This document shows positions 62,757 through 64,000 of a stretch of 64,000 bases of DNA, piece by piece. The notes beneath the pieces are model-generated. The model saw only the letters and a program-made list of their open reading frames with translations. It made no database searches and had not been told where the DNA came from. Source of the DNA: Callorhinchus milii (taxonomy: Eukaryota); the NCBI RefSeq assembly GCF_018977255.1, contig NW_024704742.1:46812001-46876000 (forward strand). Reading direction: 5' to 3'. The position numbers and the translations under genes are program-made. The number at the start of each line of letters is the position of its first letter. The first letter of the stretch is position 1.

Positions 62757-62798
62757 GTATATATATATATATATGTGTGTGTATATATATATATATAT
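62757..62798. repeat. (TA)n/(TG)n compound microsatellite
   Basis: Direct reading of the sequence. Confidence 0.95.
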
Positions 62799-63680
62799 TT
62801 AAGGAACTCTAAGTCTTGTTTGGCTGCTCTTAAGAATAGCAATGGGTTGTTGCACGTGTCAGATACCTGCTGACCAAGTATTTCTCACGGGTCAACATTT
62901 GTAAATCTGTGACAGGTCTTGCTAAATATTTGCTCATTTGTGTATAGTTTATAAATTTGTATCTGTGGAATTTTGCTAATTTTAATTCAATGGTCCAGCA
63001 TTGTGTACATTTTAAGAGTCGCACGTTTTCTGGAACCGGTACTAAATGTATGTTTTAAATCATTTAGAAAGAAAATTGCAGGGACTGTGTGGCACAATGG
63101 GGTTGATTTTGAGAACATTGCAATTATAAGAATGTTTGCTGGCTGTGTACATTGTGCAGATTATAAATCCTCTTCCTCACTTCCTCACTTGTCCCTTAGA
63201 ATTAATCTATATTGCTGTAATATTTTATAACTGTTGTTTTGCTAAGCAGCGTATACGACACAAGCATCCCCAGGTAGGGTTTCTAAATTGTTTCATTCAG
63301 AATCACAACATTATCTTGTCTTTAACAAAAAGGACTAAACAGTAGCTAGTATTCATAGCAATTACCATGCTAAACGATTATTAAATTACTAATTGCGCTA
63401 TACTACCCTACATGGAGGGTGCTATATAAGTGCAAGTTGTTGTTGTAATATCCTGTGTAACTCTATCACTGCTTTTCTTCGGAAATAATTCTGTTCAGGT
63501 TTAAATTCGGCTCATCTGGAATAGATATTGAAGTTCTGTTCATTAAAAACAAGCATGACATACAAAAAAATGTTGACATATCACTGACAAAATCGTACGA
63601 GCACATAACATTTTTAAGTGCCAAAATTCATATGTATTATTGCTAGTGAAACTATAGTTATATGCAGTATTACCCACAGA

Positions 63681-64000
63681 CAACAACAACAACAACAACA
63701 ACAAGATTCCATTTATAGAGCGCCTTTCACGTCGGGAGGACGTCCCAAGGCGCTGTACAGTTGGGTCAGGACCCGAGCAGGGGGGAAATGGTCAGGGTGA
63801 GGGGAGGGAAGGGAGGGAGCGAGGAGGGGGTAGAGAGTCGAGAGGGGAGCTGAAGGCTCGGTCAAAGAGAAAGGTTTTGAGACCGGCCTTGAAGGAGGAA
63901 AGGGAGGAGGCGGCGAAGGCACTGGGGGATGGAGTTCCAAAGCCTAGGGGCTGAGAGGCTGAAGGCCCGACCACCGATGGTAGGGCAGTTGGGGCGGGGG
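63681..64000 (-). mobile_element. Young L2 3' end (runs off the window)
   Basis: (caa)n tail; minus strand reads SSFKAGLKTFLFDRAF; very similar to 19780-20065. Confidence 0.95.

Overview
Non-coding vertebrate DNA that is rich in retroposons, most likely from a cartilaginous fish of the chimaera (holocephalan) lineage. This taxon call is an inference from the repeat families, which match from memory SacSINE1-type Deu-domain SINEs and the tRNA-Ala/CORE CmiSINE (SINE2-1_CM) type. I could not identify any host protein-coding exon, tRNA, rRNA or CRISPR array. Every ORF with recognisable protein similarity is a broken piece of an L2 or CR1 LINE ORF2. The two largest LINE remnants are CR1 copies at 36033-38378 (+) and 43850-46892 (-), the second covering nearly all of ORF2. 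Many insertions are nested, several with visible target-site duplications (TSDs). Structure not explained by ordinary repeat annotation includes: a 111-bp copy of nearby DNA patched into a SINE head; a ~260-bp local duplication; several fold-back hairpins made inside old retroposons; a palindromic MITE-like family; an unclassified three-copy repeat; covarying stem bases in the shared SINE/L2 3' tail; a candidate PBX/MEIS/HOX enhancer near 23.1 kb; and a strong CTCF core motif. I found no convincing novel gene system. Boundaries of degenerate repeats are approximate, and all alignments were done by eye.
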